DNA from: Candidatus Calescibacterium sp.
GTDB taxonomy: Bacteria; Calescibacteriota; Calescibacteriia; Calescibacteriales; Calescibacteriaceae
Direction: 5' to 3'
Assembly (NCBI GenBank): GCA_032249135.1
Contig: JAVVGL010000017.1
Coordinates: 1-43,883, forward strand
DNA length: 43,883 nucleotides
This document shows, piece after piece, positions 1 through 10,149 of this stretch. Every line of letters starts with the position of its first letter. Positions within the stretch are counted from its first letter, which is position 1. The position numbers were made by a program, and so were the translations under genes. Below the pieces are notes generated by a model that worked only from the letters and a program-made list of their open reading frames with translations, was not told where the DNA came from and searched no databases.

Positions 1-2
1 CA

Positions 3-2630
3 GAAAAGATAAAATCAACAGATCCCAAAAAGATTTTCTTCATCACAGAAAACATAACAGGTAAGACCGAAAAATTCTACAACGATTTTGCAGAAAAAAT
101 AGGAATACCCAAAGAAAACATAATAAGATGGGAAACTTTTTCCTTTGCTCCAATAAGAAAAGCATCTCAAATAGTTTTCGGAAAAGAAGGAGTTCCACTT
201 TTCAGAATAGATAAAGCAGACCTTATAGTATCTTTCAGTGGAGACTTTTTAGATGCTGGACCAAACACTGTTTTATATTCAAGACTCTTTGGAAAATTCC
301 ACTCAGTAGATGAGGAGAAAAACAAAAAAGGCAAATTTATCTATATATCTTCAAGACTTAATTTGACAGGACTTAACGCAGATAAATGGATAGAAATAAA
401 ACCCGAAGGAGAATTATTTTTTGCTCTCGCTTTGCTGAATAAAATAGCTTCACAATCAAAAAAACCAGAAGCAGAAAAATTCAAACAACCCATCCCAGGA
501 AAATTTGAAGAACTCACAGGAGTAAGTCCCAAAGTAGTAGAAATCATAGCAGAAGAAATTTTGAAATCAGAAAACCCCCTAATTATACCTCCATTTACAG
601 CAGGAGACGAAAACGCAACAGCTTTATGTGTAATATCTTTGCTGATAAACCTCCTTATAGGAACAGCAGATAAAAATATAATCCCCGATTACTTCAATTA
701 CACAAAACTTGCAACTCCAAAAGATATAAAAGAACTTGCAGAAAAAATTCGGGAAAGAAAAGTAGAAATCCTCATAATTTCATCTTATTCCCCTATCTTT
801 TCTGCACCGGAATTTACGGGATTGAAATCAGCAATCAAAAATGTGCCATTCGTTGTTCAGTTTTCATATCATGAAGATGAAACATCAGAGTATGCGCACC
901 TTATAATACCAGATTACCACTCACTTGAAAAATGGGGAGATAGCGAAGTTGCAAAAGGTGTTATAACTTTTTATCAACCAGTAATTTCTCCTCTTTATAA
1001 AGACTCAAAACAAAAAGAAGATGTTTTAATTCAAGTTGCAAACAAGATAAAAGAAGGGAGCTTTACAGTTTCAAGTTTCAGAGACTATCTGAAAGCAGAA
1101 TATGGATTGAGCGATGAGGAATGGGTAAAATATCTTGAAAAAGGAGGAATTTTCAACCAAAGTATCCCCGAACCACAAGGCGAAATAAAAATAGAACCCC
1201 CAGAAAAAATAAATAGTGAAGTAAAAATATCAATACCTGAAAGAAAGGGAATAGCCCTAATAATTTATCCATCATATCACCTCTATGACGGAAGAACAGC
1301 AAATTCCCCGTACATCCAAGAATTTTTTGATCCGGCAACAAAAATATCATGGAGAAACACCTTGGAAATAAACCCAAAAACAGCAGAAAAACTTGCACTC
1401 AAAAATGGCGAAATTGTCAAAGTTTCAATAGGAGACAAAAAGATAGAAATTCCAGTTCAAATCTACAACGGCATAGTAGAAGATGCAGTAGCTATCTCCT
1501 GTGGTCGCGGACACAAAAACTATGGTAGATTTGCATCAGGAAAAGGAGTAAATCCACTTGAAATAATCCCAGAAAAGTTTGATGAATCAGGAGAAATATC
1601 TTTTGTAGCATACGGAATAGAGATAGAAAAAACTGGTAAAAAATTAAAAAGACTTCCAACAAATGAAGGAGTTCCAAGACAGCTTTCAAGAGATGTTGCT
1701 CATTTTACAACCTTACAAGCCCTACCAAACCAGAGTAGAGAAGAAAAAATAAAAGAACTTGAAAACATTCTCAAAAAGAGATTCCCAAGAGGAGATTGGG
1801 AAAAGTACGGCAGAGATTCAGCAAAACCATCTAAATATAGATGGAAGATGGTTATAGATTTAGACAAATGCATTGGTTGCTCCGCATGCATGATAGCATG
1901 CCAGATAGAAAATAATATACCATTTGTAGGAGAAAGCGAAGTGGTAAGAGGTAGAGAGATAACTTGGATAAGAGTTGAAAGATACTGGGTATCAGCAGAA
2001 GAGATAAAAGAAGGTAAAGCAAAAGAACATAACGGAGTCAAGATAGGAAAACTTGAAAAAGAGAGCTTTGTTCCCGAAGCTAAAAAAGCAATTTTCTTCC
2101 CTATGATGTGTCAGCACTGCGAATATGCTCCATGTGAATATGTTTGCCCCGTATATGCAACCATGCACACATCAGATGGGCTGAATGCACAAGTTTATAA
2201 TAGATGCGTCGGAACAAGATTCTGCGCAAATAACTGCCCATATAAAGTCAGATACTTCAACTGGCATGACTACTTCAAAAACATTCCAGAACCTTTAAAT
2301 ATGTTCTTCAATCCATCTGTTACCGTTCGCTCAAAAGGAGTTATGGAAAAATGCACATTCTGTATCCAGAGAATAAAACAAGCAGAACATAATGCAAAAA
2401 TAGAGGGAAGAGATATAAAAGATGGAGAGGTAATTTCCGCATGCGCCCAAGTATGCCCAACAGACGCAATAATATTCGGAAATATAAAAGATGAAGAATC
2501 CCAAGTCAAAAAAGCTCAAAAATCAAAAAGAATAAACTGGGCTCTGAAAGACCTCGGAACAGAACCATCTGTGACATATCTTGAAAAGGTCTTTGACATA
2601 GAAATAGATGAAAAATTTAATGAAACCTAA
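3..2630 (+). CDS. actB: Alternative complex III subunit B (molybdopterin-oxidoreductase-like domain fused to an Fe-S domain), 5'-truncated by the window edge
   Basis: The frame is open from nt 3 (EKIKSTDPKKIFF...DLIVSFSGDFL), so the TTG at 363 is not the true start. C-terminal Fe-S motifs: CIGCSACMIAC, CQHCEYAPCEYVCP, CVGTRFCANNCP (3Fe-4S type), CTFC...CAQVCP. Followed by actC-F. Confidence 0.92.
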   Translation, partial: EKIKSTDPKKIFFITENITGKTEKFYNDFAEKIGIPKENIIRWETFSFAPIRKASQIVFGKEGVPLFRIDKADLIVSFSGDFLDAGPNTVLYSRLFGKFHSVDEEKNKKGKFIYISSRLNLTGLNADKWIEIKPEGELFFALALLNKIASQSKKPEAEKFKQPIPGKFEELTGVSPKVVEIIAEEILKSENPLIIPPFTAGDENATALCVISLLINLLIGTADKNIIPDYFNYTKLATPKDIKELAEKIRERKVEILIISSYSPIFSAPEFTGLKSAIKNVPFVVQFSYHEDETSEYAHLIIPDYHSLEKWGDSEVAKGVITFYQPVISPLYKDSKQKEDVLIQVANKIKEGSFTVSSFRDYLKAEYGLSDEEWVKYLEKGGIFNQSIPEPQGEIKIEPPEKINSEVKISIPERKGIALIIYPSYHLYDGRTANSPYIQEFFDPATKISWRNTLEINPKTAEKLALKNGEIVKVSIGDKKIEIPVQIYNGIVEDAVAISCGRGHKNYGRFASGKGVNPLEIIPEKFDESGEISFVAYGIEIEKTGKKLKRLPTNEGVPRQLSRDVAHFTTLQALPNQSREEKIKELENILKKRFPRGDWEKYGRDSAKPSKYRWKMVIDLDKCIGCSACMIACQIENNIPFVGESEVVRGREITWIRVERYWVSAEEIKEGKAKEHNGVKIGKLEKESFVPEAKKAIFFPMMCQHCEYAPCEYVCPVYATMHTSDGLNAQVYNRCVGTRFCANNCPYKVRYFNWHDYFKNIPEPLNMFFNPSVTVRSKGVMEKCTFCIQRIKQAEHNAKIEGRDIKDGEVISACAQVCPTDAIIFGNIKDEESQVKKAQKSKRINWALKDLGTEPSVTYLEKVFDIEIDEKFNET

Positions 2631-2659
2631 AAAATAAAAAAAGAGGAGGGAAAATAAAA

Positions 2660-4072
2660 ATGGGAGAATCGGTAGGTTTAACAGGCGATAGAGAAAAAAG
2701 AAAAATATCTGTAAATATTCACGAAGGAATAACTCCTGAGGGGAAAAAGTACGGGGAACAATTTACTTTATCAGAAATCTCAGAAGAAATTTATAGAGCC
2801 GCAACAAAACCATCTCTTGCATATTTTGTAGCTCTTGGTATATGTGTAGCTTTGGTTCTTGCGGGAGTTGCAACTGTTGGCTACCTCGTTATAGTAGGAA
2901 TGGGAGCAGCTGGATTTACCCCACCGGCTTTCTGGATACATTTTATCGTTAATTTCGTTTTTTGGGTTGGAATTGCGCACTCAGGAACTCTTATTTCAGC
3001 AGTGCTACATCTTTTTAGGTCAAAATGGAGAAGAGGTATTTTCAGAATAGCAGAAGCTATGACGGTCTTTGCCGTAATGACAGCAGGTCTTTTTCCTCTC
3101 ATACACATAGGAAGACAGTGGTATTTTTACTATCTTGTGCCCTACCCTAACCAGAGGCAGCTGTGGGTAAATTTTAAATCTGCTCTCATGTGGGATTTCG
3201 TTGCTGTTCTGACATATTTCACAGTCAGCTTGATGTTCTTTTATGTAGGCATGATACCAGACCTTGCAACATTCAGAGAAAAAGCAAAAGGGATCAGAAG
3301 ATTCATTTATTCTTTGCTATCACTTGGGTGGAAGGGAACAGATAAAGAATGGAGACACTACAATAGGTCATATATGTTCTTTGCAGCATTTGCAACACCG
3401 CTCGTTATATCAGTTCATTCTGTTGTATCTCTGGATTTCGCATCGGGTTTATTACCAGGCTGGCAAAGCACAATTTTCCCACCATACTTTGTTGCAGGAG
3501 CAATATTTTCAGGTATGGCTATGGTTGTTACAATAGTAACACCACTGAGAAAACTTTTAAAACTTGAAAAGTTCATAACAGATTGGCACTATGATAACAT
3601 GGGGAAAATAATTCTTGTAACAGGTCTTATAGTAACTTATTCATATATAGTAGAGTTCGTTCTTGCAATTTTCTCAGGGAGTAAATATGAATATCATCAA
3701 TTTATATACAGAGCAACGGGGGATTACGCATGGGCTTTCTGGCTTATGGTATTTTGCAATTGTGTTGTGCCACTACTTATGATATCTAAAAAGGTGAGAA
3801 CTAATGTGTGGCTTATGTTCGTACTCTCTATATTTGTAAACATAGGTATGTGGTTTGAAAGATTCAACATAATTATGATGTCGCTATCTCATGATTTTGT
3901 GCCATATGCGTTTGATACATATAAGCCAAGATGGCCGGAACTCTTAATCACAGCTGCAGCTTTCGGATGGTTCTTCATGTGGTTTTTACTCTTCGCTAAA
4001 TTCCTACCTGTTATTTCTATTGCTGAAACAAAAGAACTTGTTCCAAAACCAAAAAGGGAAAAAGAAAGTTAA
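2660..4072 (+). CDS. actC: Alternative complex III subunit C (NrfD/PsrC-family quinol-binding membrane subunit)
   Basis: Motifs NFVFWVGIAHSGTLISA, AEAMTVFA, HIGRQW, PLVISVHSVVSLDF, GMWFERF. GGAGG RBS upstream. Confidence 0.93.
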   Translation: MGESVGLTGDREKRKISVNIHEGITPEGKKYGEQFTLSEISEEIYRAATKPSLAYFVALGICVALVLAGVATVGYLVIVGMGAAGFTPPAFWIHFIVNFVFWVGIAHSGTLISAVLHLFRSKWRRGIFRIAEAMTVFAVMTAGLFPLIHIGRQWYFYYLVPYPNQRQLWVNFKSALMWDFVAVLTYFTVSLMFFYVGMIPDLATFREKAKGIRRFIYSLLSLGWKGTDKEWRHYNRSYMFFAAFATPLVISVHSVVSLDFASGLLPGWQSTIFPPYFVAGAIFSGMAMVVTIVTPLRKLLKLEKFITDWHYDNMGKIILVTGLIVTYSYIVEFVLAIFSGSKYEYHQFIYRATGDYAWAFWLMVFCNCVVPLLMISKKVRTNVWLMFVLSIFVNIGMWFERFNIIMMSLSHDFVPYAFDTYKPRWPELLITAAAFGWFFMWFLLFAKFLPVISIAETKELVPKPKREKES

Positions 4073-4081
4073 AAAAAGGAG

Positions 4082-4606
4082 GTGAAAAAAATGAAAAGAG
4101 CTGTTTTAGGAAAATTCACATATATAGATGATGTAGAAAAAGCAATAGATGAGCTTTTGAAGGCAGGATACAAAAAAGAAAATATACAATTTATTTCGCC
4201 TTTTCCAGTTGAGGAGATAATTGAAAAGCTCGGGGGACATGATAGTCCAGTAAAATTTTCAGTTCTTACAGGTGGAACTTTGGGATTCATTAGTGCAATC
4301 GGATTAGTTCTACTTACTTCTTTGGCTTACATACTACCAGTTGGTGGAAAACCAGTCGTAGCCTGGATACCTTATGTTATAGTCATGTTTGAACTCACAG
4401 TTCTTCTTGGTTCAATTTTCAACCTCCTCGGATTAATTTTCTTGTCAAAACTTCCTGATATATTCTTGTTTTTTGGTTGGAGACCTTTTTTACCCTCTTT
4501 CACAGATGATAAATTTGGACTCGTTGTAATAACAGAAAAAGTAGATGACGTCAAAGCAATTTTGCAAAGAAATGGAGCTGAGGAGGTAAGAGATTATGAA
4601 GCGTAA
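4082..4606 (+). CDS. actD: Alternative complex III subunit D (DUF3341)
   Basis: SPFPV, VGGKP, FELTVL and FTDDKF motifs, two TM helices, AGGAGG RBS, expected operon position. Confidence 0.88.
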   Translation: MKKMKRAVLGKFTYIDDVEKAIDELLKAGYKKENIQFISPFPVEEIIEKLGGHDSPVKFSVLTGGTLGFISAIGLVLLTSLAYILPVGGKPVVAWIPYVIVMFELTVLLGSIFNLLGLIFLSKLPDIFLFFGWRPFLPSFTDDKFGLVVITEKVDDVKAILQRNGAEEVRDYEA

Positions 4607-5207
4607 AAAATTGTTTATAAGATTATTCAAAGGTATATTAACAAAAGGTATACCAATGTTTTTTCCAATATTATTTTCAGCTCTCACTACTATAATTTAC
4701 ACAAAAGAGGTTTTTAGTTGGCCATGGTCAAGAGATATGTATCAAACACCAGTGTCAAAATATAATACAGCTCCAATAAAAGAAACAGAAGCTATTCCAA
4801 AAGGAGGGGTAAATCCAGTGGTTTTGAAAAAAAGACAACTCCAAAACCCAGTCCTTGTAAAGAATTCCTTGCGAGAACTCAAAAATCCAGTTAAACCAGA
4901 TGAAGCATCCCTCAAAAATGGTGAAAGACTATACAAATCATACTGTCTTCCCTGCCACGGTGAGACAGGAAAGGGAGACGGTCCCGTTGCAAAAAAAATG
5001 GTTCCTCCACAAGATTTGACTTCTGATTATGCAAAAAATCTGAGTGACGGATATATTTTTGCCACAATAGCAGGCGGAGGAGTAATAATGCCAGCACAGA
5101 AAAAAGGTCTTTCAGAAAAAGATATATGGGATATAGTAAATTTTGTAAGAAAGCTTCAAGGATTTGATGTTATGGAACACTGGAAAAATCAAGCAGGAAG
5201 GAGGTAA
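4596..5207 (+). CDS. actE: Alternative complex III subunit E, monoheme cytochrome c
   Basis: Single CxxCH (CLPCH), G.GDG, distal MP ligand, W.IV.FVR.LQ end. N-terminal export/anchor segment. Overlaps actD. Confidence 0.85.
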   Translation: MKRKKLFIRLFKGILTKGIPMFFPILFSALTTIIYTKEVFSWPWSRDMYQTPVSKYNTAPIKETEAIPKGGVNPVVLKKRQLQNPVLVKNSLRELKNPVKPDEASLKNGERLYKSYCLPCHGETGKGDGPVAKKMVPPQDLTSDYAKNLSDGYIFATIAGGGVIMPAQKKGLSEKDIWDIVNFVRKLQGFDVMEHWKNQAGRR

Positions 5208-5216
5208 TATAGGCCA

Positions 5217-6410
5217 ATGAAACACTTTGAATTTACAGAAGAAGAAGCCAAAATACCATTTTTTGAAAAGAAAATAAACCCGGTAGCCTATGTTTTATTT
5301 TTTGTTGGAGCAATAGTTTTCTTTGCAGGCTTATCGCAAGATCCAAAAAGAGTATGGGGAATATTCCACACAAACCTCCTTTTCTTTCTTGGATTAGCCC
5401 AAGGTGGAGCAGTCTTTTACGGTCTTGTAAAAACTGCCAAAGGATACTGGTCAATTCCGATTTTGAGAGTTATACCTTTCAGTATCTTGCTTTTACCGGT
5501 AATTTCTGTTCTGCTTATAGTTGAGTGGATAATTGCAGGACACACAGTATTTCCTTATTTTGAACCTCAAGAGATAGAACATCATAGGTTTGGATGGCTT
5601 TCTCCAAAATTTGTCTTCGCAAGAGATTTTATAGTACTACTTATTATGAACTTAATTAGCATAAGGCTTGTATCTTTATCTTTATCTCTTGATGATATAA
5701 AAATTCCATTTTTGCCAACTTCTAAAAAACCAAAAGAAAAAATAGAAAGCGAAATAAACCTTTGGAGCAAACTCATTTTGGCATTCTTCGTAGTTGGATA
5801 CACAATAATCGGCTGGGACCAGGCTATGTATCTTGATCCACACTGGTTAAGCACAATTTTCGGAGCAAGATTTTTCATAACCATGCATCTTACATACCTT
5901 GCAACCCTTGCAATTTTGAACTCATCTCTTATGCTAAAACCTGAATTTAAAGAAAAAGTTGGAGAAAAATATTTGACTAATGTCGGGACTTTGCTTTTTG
6001 GTTTCTGTATTTTCTGGTCATATCTTTTTTACGCAGAACTCGTGGTAACTTATATGGGCAACATTCCAGAATTTGCTCACTGGTATGTTGAAAGGATTTA
6101 CTCTCCTTGGAGCACAACATTCTGGTTAGAAGTATTTTTCGTTTTCATAATTCCGTTCCTCACTTTGCTCCACATACCAATAAAAAGTAACCCAAAAATT
6201 TTACCAATAATAGCTTCAATTGTTCTTGCAGGACTTTTCATAAGAACATACGATGTTGCGTATTTCCAAATAGTCAAATCAGAAAAACCTATATTTGGCT
6301 GGATAGAAATAGGAATAACAGCAGGATTTATTTCCCTGGCTTACATATTATCAAAAATTTATTTATCACGAGTTCCAAGGTATCCGATACATGAGGCTAT
6401 ATCTTTCTGA
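5217..6410 (+). CDS. actF: Alternative complex III subunit F (membrane subunit)
   Basis: About 10 hydrophobic segments with LDPHWLSTIFG, FWSYLFYA and GNIPE motifs. GGAGG RBS. Confidence 0.88.
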   Translation: MKHFEFTEEEAKIPFFEKKINPVAYVLFFVGAIVFFAGLSQDPKRVWGIFHTNLLFFLGLAQGGAVFYGLVKTAKGYWSIPILRVIPFSILLLPVISVLLIVEWIIAGHTVFPYFEPQEIEHHRFGWLSPKFVFARDFIVLLIMNLISIRLVSLSLSLDDIKIPFLPTSKKPKEKIESEINLWSKLILAFFVVGYTIIGWDQAMYLDPHWLSTIFGARFFITMHLTYLATLAILNSSLMLKPEFKEKVGEKYLTNVGTLLFGFCIFWSYLFYAELVVTYMGNIPEFAHWYVERIYSPWSTTFWLEVFFVFIIPFLTLLHIPIKSNPKILPIIASIVLAGLFIRTYDVAYFQIVKSEKPIFGWIEIGITAGFISLAYILSKIYLSRVPRYPIHEAISF

Positions 6411-6454
6411 CGGGAAGAACTATATTAATTTTCTGAAAATTTGGAAAAATAATG

Positions 6455-6497
6455 ATAAAGTTTTTAAACTAAAATAATATAAAGTTTTTAAACTAAA
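6455..6497. repeat. Two 19-bp direct repeats ATAAAGTTTTTAAACTAAA (6455-6473, 6479-6497), each with the dyad AGTTT-TT-AAACT
   Basis: Read directly. Intergenic, just upstream of TTGACA (6516-6521) and the 6548 ORF. Confidence 0.8.
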
Positions 6498-6547
6498 GTT
6501 AAAAGTAAAATTGCCTTGACAAAAACAAATTTTTAAAAATAAAAAAA

Positions 6548-6910
6548 ATGAAAGTTGAAGAAAAAGACATAGTCGTAACAGATGAGCAAGTAGAGGAGTT
6601 GGCATCAAAGATTCAGGAGGGAATACTTCAAAAGGAGAAAGAGGGAAAAAAAGATAAATCAATAAAGGTAGAGACAAAGTCCGGTCTTTTTGTCAGGATA
6701 ACAAAAAATCCGGAACAAGAAAGGTTTTATCTTTCCATAGGTCCAAAAGGAGGGCATCCGGTATATAACAAGGTAATTTTTGATTCATCGGAAAAAGTAA
6801 AAGAATTTGTAAATGCTTTAAAGATGTTCATAAAAGAGAGAGAAGACGTACTCATGGCAATAGATAGGCTAAATAAAAAAGCACAAAAAAAAGAAGGAGA
6901 TGTAGTATAA
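6548..6910 (+). CDS. Small charged hypothetical protein
   Basis: 120-aa ATG ORF with host-like composition. Abuts the convergent gene at 6911 with zero gap. Confidence 0.75.
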   Translation: MKVEEKDIVVTDEQVEELASKIQEGILQKEKEGKKDKSIKVETKSGLFVRITKNPEQERFYLSIGPKGGHPVYNKVIFDSSEKVKEFVNALKMFIKEREDVLMAIDRLNKKAQKKEGDVV

Positions 6911-7351
6911 TCAGGGATAAACCGATAAAACCATAACGAGACAAAAAAGCGAAATTATATTTTTAATCGTTAGATTTTTCAATTCAAGCTTTATTCTACC
7001 ATCAATTATCTTCTTTAAAAGTTCAAAGTTATCTTTACTTAAAATTGGTATATGTAAGCCTAAAAGAGAGACTATTTTTATTTTTGTCATCTCTATAAGG
7101 TCAGAAGTATCGGCAGATAGTTTTATATCAGGAGAAAATATCTCCCCATCAAAAACCAAAACTTTGTCTTTTCTGAAAGACAAACTAACTTTAACTTCTG
7201 CATCCTTTGCAAATATTGAAATTTCAGAGTTTATTTTTTTTGCGAATTTTTCCTTCCACGGATTCTTCTCCAAGTTCTCTTTTATCATCTGATAAATCAT
7301 GGAAGCGAGCCCATTATTTTTTGCTTTATCATCTATTACAACCTCAAACAT
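6911..7351 (-). CDS. SCP2 (sterol carrier protein 2)-like lipid-binding domain protein
   Basis: Pattern V.LSF....V.V.DGE...PDIKLSAD...L...IIDGRIKL is typical of SCP2 folds. Confidence 0.55.
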   Translation of the reverse strand: MFEVVIDDKAKNNGLASMIYQMIKENLEKNPWKEKFAKKINSEISIFAKDAEVKVSLSFRKDKVLVFDGEIFSPDIKLSADTSDLIEMTKIKIVSLLGLHIPILSKDNFELLKKIIDGRIKLELKNLTIKNIISLFCLVMVLSVYP

Positions 7352-7458
7352 ACTATCTCAAATAAAACACACAATTTACTTTGGGCAAATTTCAATTTAT
7401 TTTTTAGCTCTTACTCCCTCTTATTTATTTTTCTACCTTTCGTAAAAGGAGAAAAAAT

Positions 7459-8088
7459 TTGACTAAAAGAAAAAGTGTTGTAATGAGTAGGAAAAAAATA
7501 GTTGTGTTTGCGTCAGGAAGCGGTTCAAACTTTGAGGAAATAGTGAAAAAGTCAAAATCAAACTATATAGAGGCAGATGTTCCTTTCCTCATATCAGATA
7601 AAGCATCAGCAGGAGCTATAAAGAGAGCCATAAGACTTGGTGTAGTTCCCATAGTCATAAACTGGAAAAATAGAGAAGAAGCAGAAGAAAAAGCTTTAAA
7701 GATTCTCAAAATTATAAAACCAGATCTTATAGTACTTGCAGGATTTATGCGCATATTATCTCCAAGGTTCGTTTCAGAATGGAAATACAAAATCCTAAAC
7801 ATTCATCCATCCTTGCTCCCTGCGTTTCAAGGAACAACAAAAGCAATAGAGTTAGCAGAAAAATATGGAGTAAAAATTACAGGATGCACAGTTCATTTTG
7901 TTGACGAATCAGTAGATGGTGGTCCAATAATTATTCAAGAAGCTATTCACATAAATGATGATGACACACCGGAAAAAATTGCGGAGAAAATTCACGAAAT
8001 TGAACACAAAATTTATCCTTTGGCAATAAAAAAAGTGATTGAAGGTAAAGTAAAAATAGAGGGAAGAAAAATAAAAGTTTATGAATAA
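7459..8088 (+). CDS. purN: Phosphoribosylglycinamide formyltransferase
   Basis: FASGSGSNF, LAGFMRIL, NIHPSLLPAF, TGCTVHFVDESVDGGPII. AGGAG before the TTG; alternative ATG at 7483. Confidence 0.96.
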   Translation: MTKRKSVVMSRKKIVVFASGSGSNFEEIVKKSKSNYIEADVPFLISDKASAGAIKRAIRLGVVPIVINWKNREEAEEKALKILKIIKPDLIVLAGFMRILSPRFVSEWKYKILNIHPSLLPAFQGTTKAIELAEKYGVKITGCTVHFVDESVDGGPIIIQEAIHINDDDTPEKIAEKIHEIEHKIYPLAIKKVIEGKVKIEGRKIKVYE

Positions 8089-8939
8089 TTATACATTCTT
8101 CTGCGTATAAGCCAAAAACCTAATATCATAACAAAAAAATGAGACAAAAAAGAAGTAAGAATGAATTGTAAAGGTTCAAGAGTATCTCTTGATAGTTTAA
8201 AAATTCCAAGTAATAAGGGGGGACAAAAAAGAGCCGTTTTGATGAACCCAGAAAAAAAGAAAGGTAAGCAACTTACAGAAGAAAGAGAAAATGAAAAATT
8301 ATAAATCACCTCAATCTTGCCTTTTTTACCCTCATCTGTTATTAGTTCTACAAGGTCTTTCCCAAAGCGACTAGTTGTTCCTTCAAAACTTATTTTTATT
8401 TTTGAAAATTTCAAAATTTTCTCCCCAGTGAACAAAAAACCTTCCTGCAGAATTATATCTGAACCTTCCTTCTGAAAATTTTGAGCAACAAAAAATTTAT
8501 CTTCCCACAAAAAAACATATCTTTTAATTTCCTTCACATATATTTTTGGGATAACATCAAAAATCCTTGACTTCAAATAAATAAAACTCTTTGGAGATAT
8601 ATAAAAGAAAAAAAGCAGATCTATAGAAAATACAAGAAAAGAAATAAGAAGAAAGAACTTGAATAAACCATATCTTGCTGAACCAAAAACTTCAAGGAAT
8701 CTTGTTTTTTTCAAGTGCTCGCGAAGAAAAGAAAAGAGAGAAAAATAAAATGAAAATACAAATACCAAAGGGAAAATAAAAAGAGAAAAAGCAAGTATAG
8801 ATTTAGCATCAAAAACTCCATATGAAACCGAATACCTGATAGCAGAAAACATAACCACCAGCATATAAAAGACAGAAAAAAATAAAAGAAATTCATCTAA
8901 AAAACGAAGCAAAAAGTAGGTTTTCAGAGTTTTTGACAT
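8079..8939 (-). CDS. Divergent LptF/LptG-like membrane permease
   Basis: Three N-terminal TM helices starting KTLKTYFLLRF, an E......L...G.S-like loop, a soluble beta-rich segment, then further C-terminal TM helices. Shorter than canonical. Confidence 0.5.
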   Translation of the reverse strand: MSKTLKTYFLLRFLDEFLLFFSVFYMLVVMFSAIRYSVSYGVFDAKSILAFSLFIFPLVFVFSFYFSLFSFLREHLKKTRFLEVFGSARYGLFKFFLLISFLVFSIDLLFFFYISPKSFIYLKSRIFDVIPKIYVKEIKRYVFLWEDKFFVAQNFQKEGSDIILQEGFLFTGEKILKFSKIKISFEGTTSRFGKDLVELITDEGKKGKIEVIYNFSFSLSSVSCLPFFFSGFIKTALFCPPLLLGIFKLSRDTLEPLQFILTSFLSHFFVMILGFWLIRRRMYNYS

Positions 8940-9008
8940 ACCAATACAAATAGAGTAAATTTAATAAGTAGTGAAAAAATAAGGTTACGCTAACGATTTA
9001 TAATTTTT

Positions 9009-9644
9009 ATGTTTAGCTTTAACAAAAAATATTTTGTGAAGAATTTATTATTTTATTTTAGCTTAATATTTACATTTACCGTAGTATCACCATTCTTAAA
9101 CAGCACCCAACAACATCTGTCTTTTGCCCAACAGGGGACAGAAGATAAATATAAGGAGGAAATGAGAAAGCTTCAAAAAGAGATAGAGATGCTAAAGTTA
9201 AAAATTCTTGAAACAAAAAAGTCATTAAAAATTTTTGAGGATATGATATTGCTCGGAACTTTAACCGGAACAAAAATAACAATATATCTGAAAGATGAAC
9301 TCAAAGACGCTGAAATTCAAGAGATATCGGTTGTTTTAGATGGATTTGAAGTATCAAACATAAGAGAAAATAAAAAAATAGAACAAGCAAAAAAGGAAAA
9401 ACTCCTCATTTATGATGAATCAGAGGCTATACCGGGAAAACACATAGTTGATATCGTGTTGACAATAAAAACAGATAGAATATTCAAAAAAACTTTGAGA
9501 TATGAATTTGATGTTGAAAGCGGAATAGCCACAGTAATATATGCAACAGTAAAAATAGCACCCGGAAAAAAGAAAGAATTAATGCCAGAAGATATAGATA
9601 TCACAGTCTTCTCAGAAAAAGTTCGCCTAATAACAAAAGAATGA
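9009..9644 (+). CDS. Exported protein with coiled coil plus beta-sandwich-like domain
   Basis: Signal peptide ending SFA-QQ, a heptad segment, and VLDG...IPGKH motifs. Overlaps the next gene (ATGA). Confidence 0.75.
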   Translation: MFSFNKKYFVKNLLFYFSLIFTFTVVSPFLNSTQQHLSFAQQGTEDKYKEEMRKLQKEIEMLKLKILETKKSLKIFEDMILLGTLTGTKITIYLKDELKDAEIQEISVVLDGFEVSNIRENKKIEQAKKEKLLIYDESEAIPGKHIVDIVLTIKTDRIFKKTLRYEFDVESGIATVIYATVKIAPGKKKELMPEDIDITVFSEKVRLITKE

Positions 9645-10081
9645 AAATAAAAAGAATAATAACAATATTGGTAATCTTTCTTGTGTTTAACTTTCATATC
9701 AACCCAAAAGTAAATGGACAAGACAATATAGCAGAACAAATAAAGAAAAAGAAGTCAGACATAATTCTTGAAATGAAAAGAAATCCTTTTGAGGAGGATG
9801 AAAAGAAAAAAGAAAAGAAAACGAAAGAAGAAAAGGAAAAAGAGAAAATAGAAACCAAAAAGGCAAGAGAAAGGAACATCAAAATCTTAGGGAAAATAGA
9901 ATGGGAAAAAAGAGAAAACAGCGGCAAAACAATAAAAGGTAAAATTGCGATAGTGGAGATCGATAACAAACCTTATATTTTAAGGCAGGGAGATAAAATA
10001 GAAGGTATAACAATAGATAAAATTGATGAAAATGAAATAGAAATTTCAATAGAAAAAGAAAAGATAAGAAAAAGCTTTTGA
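9641..10081 (+). CDS. PilP/GspC-like secretin-associated protein
   Basis: RNPF motif, then ILG.I...AIVEID...ILRQGDKI.G..I.KI....I.I pattern. Directly upstream of a secretin. Confidence 0.6.
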   Translation: MKIKRIITILVIFLVFNFHINPKVNGQDNIAEQIKKKKSDIILEMKRNPFEEDEKKKEKKTKEEKEKEKIETKKARERNIKILGKIEWEKRENSGKTIKGKIAIVEIDNKPYILRQGDKIEGITIDKIDENEIEISIEKEKIRKSF

Positions 10082-10149
10082 ACAAAGTAAAGAAAAACAT
10101 CAAAGTAAAGAAATAACAAATGTATTCCGAAAAACCTTCATAAATTCAA

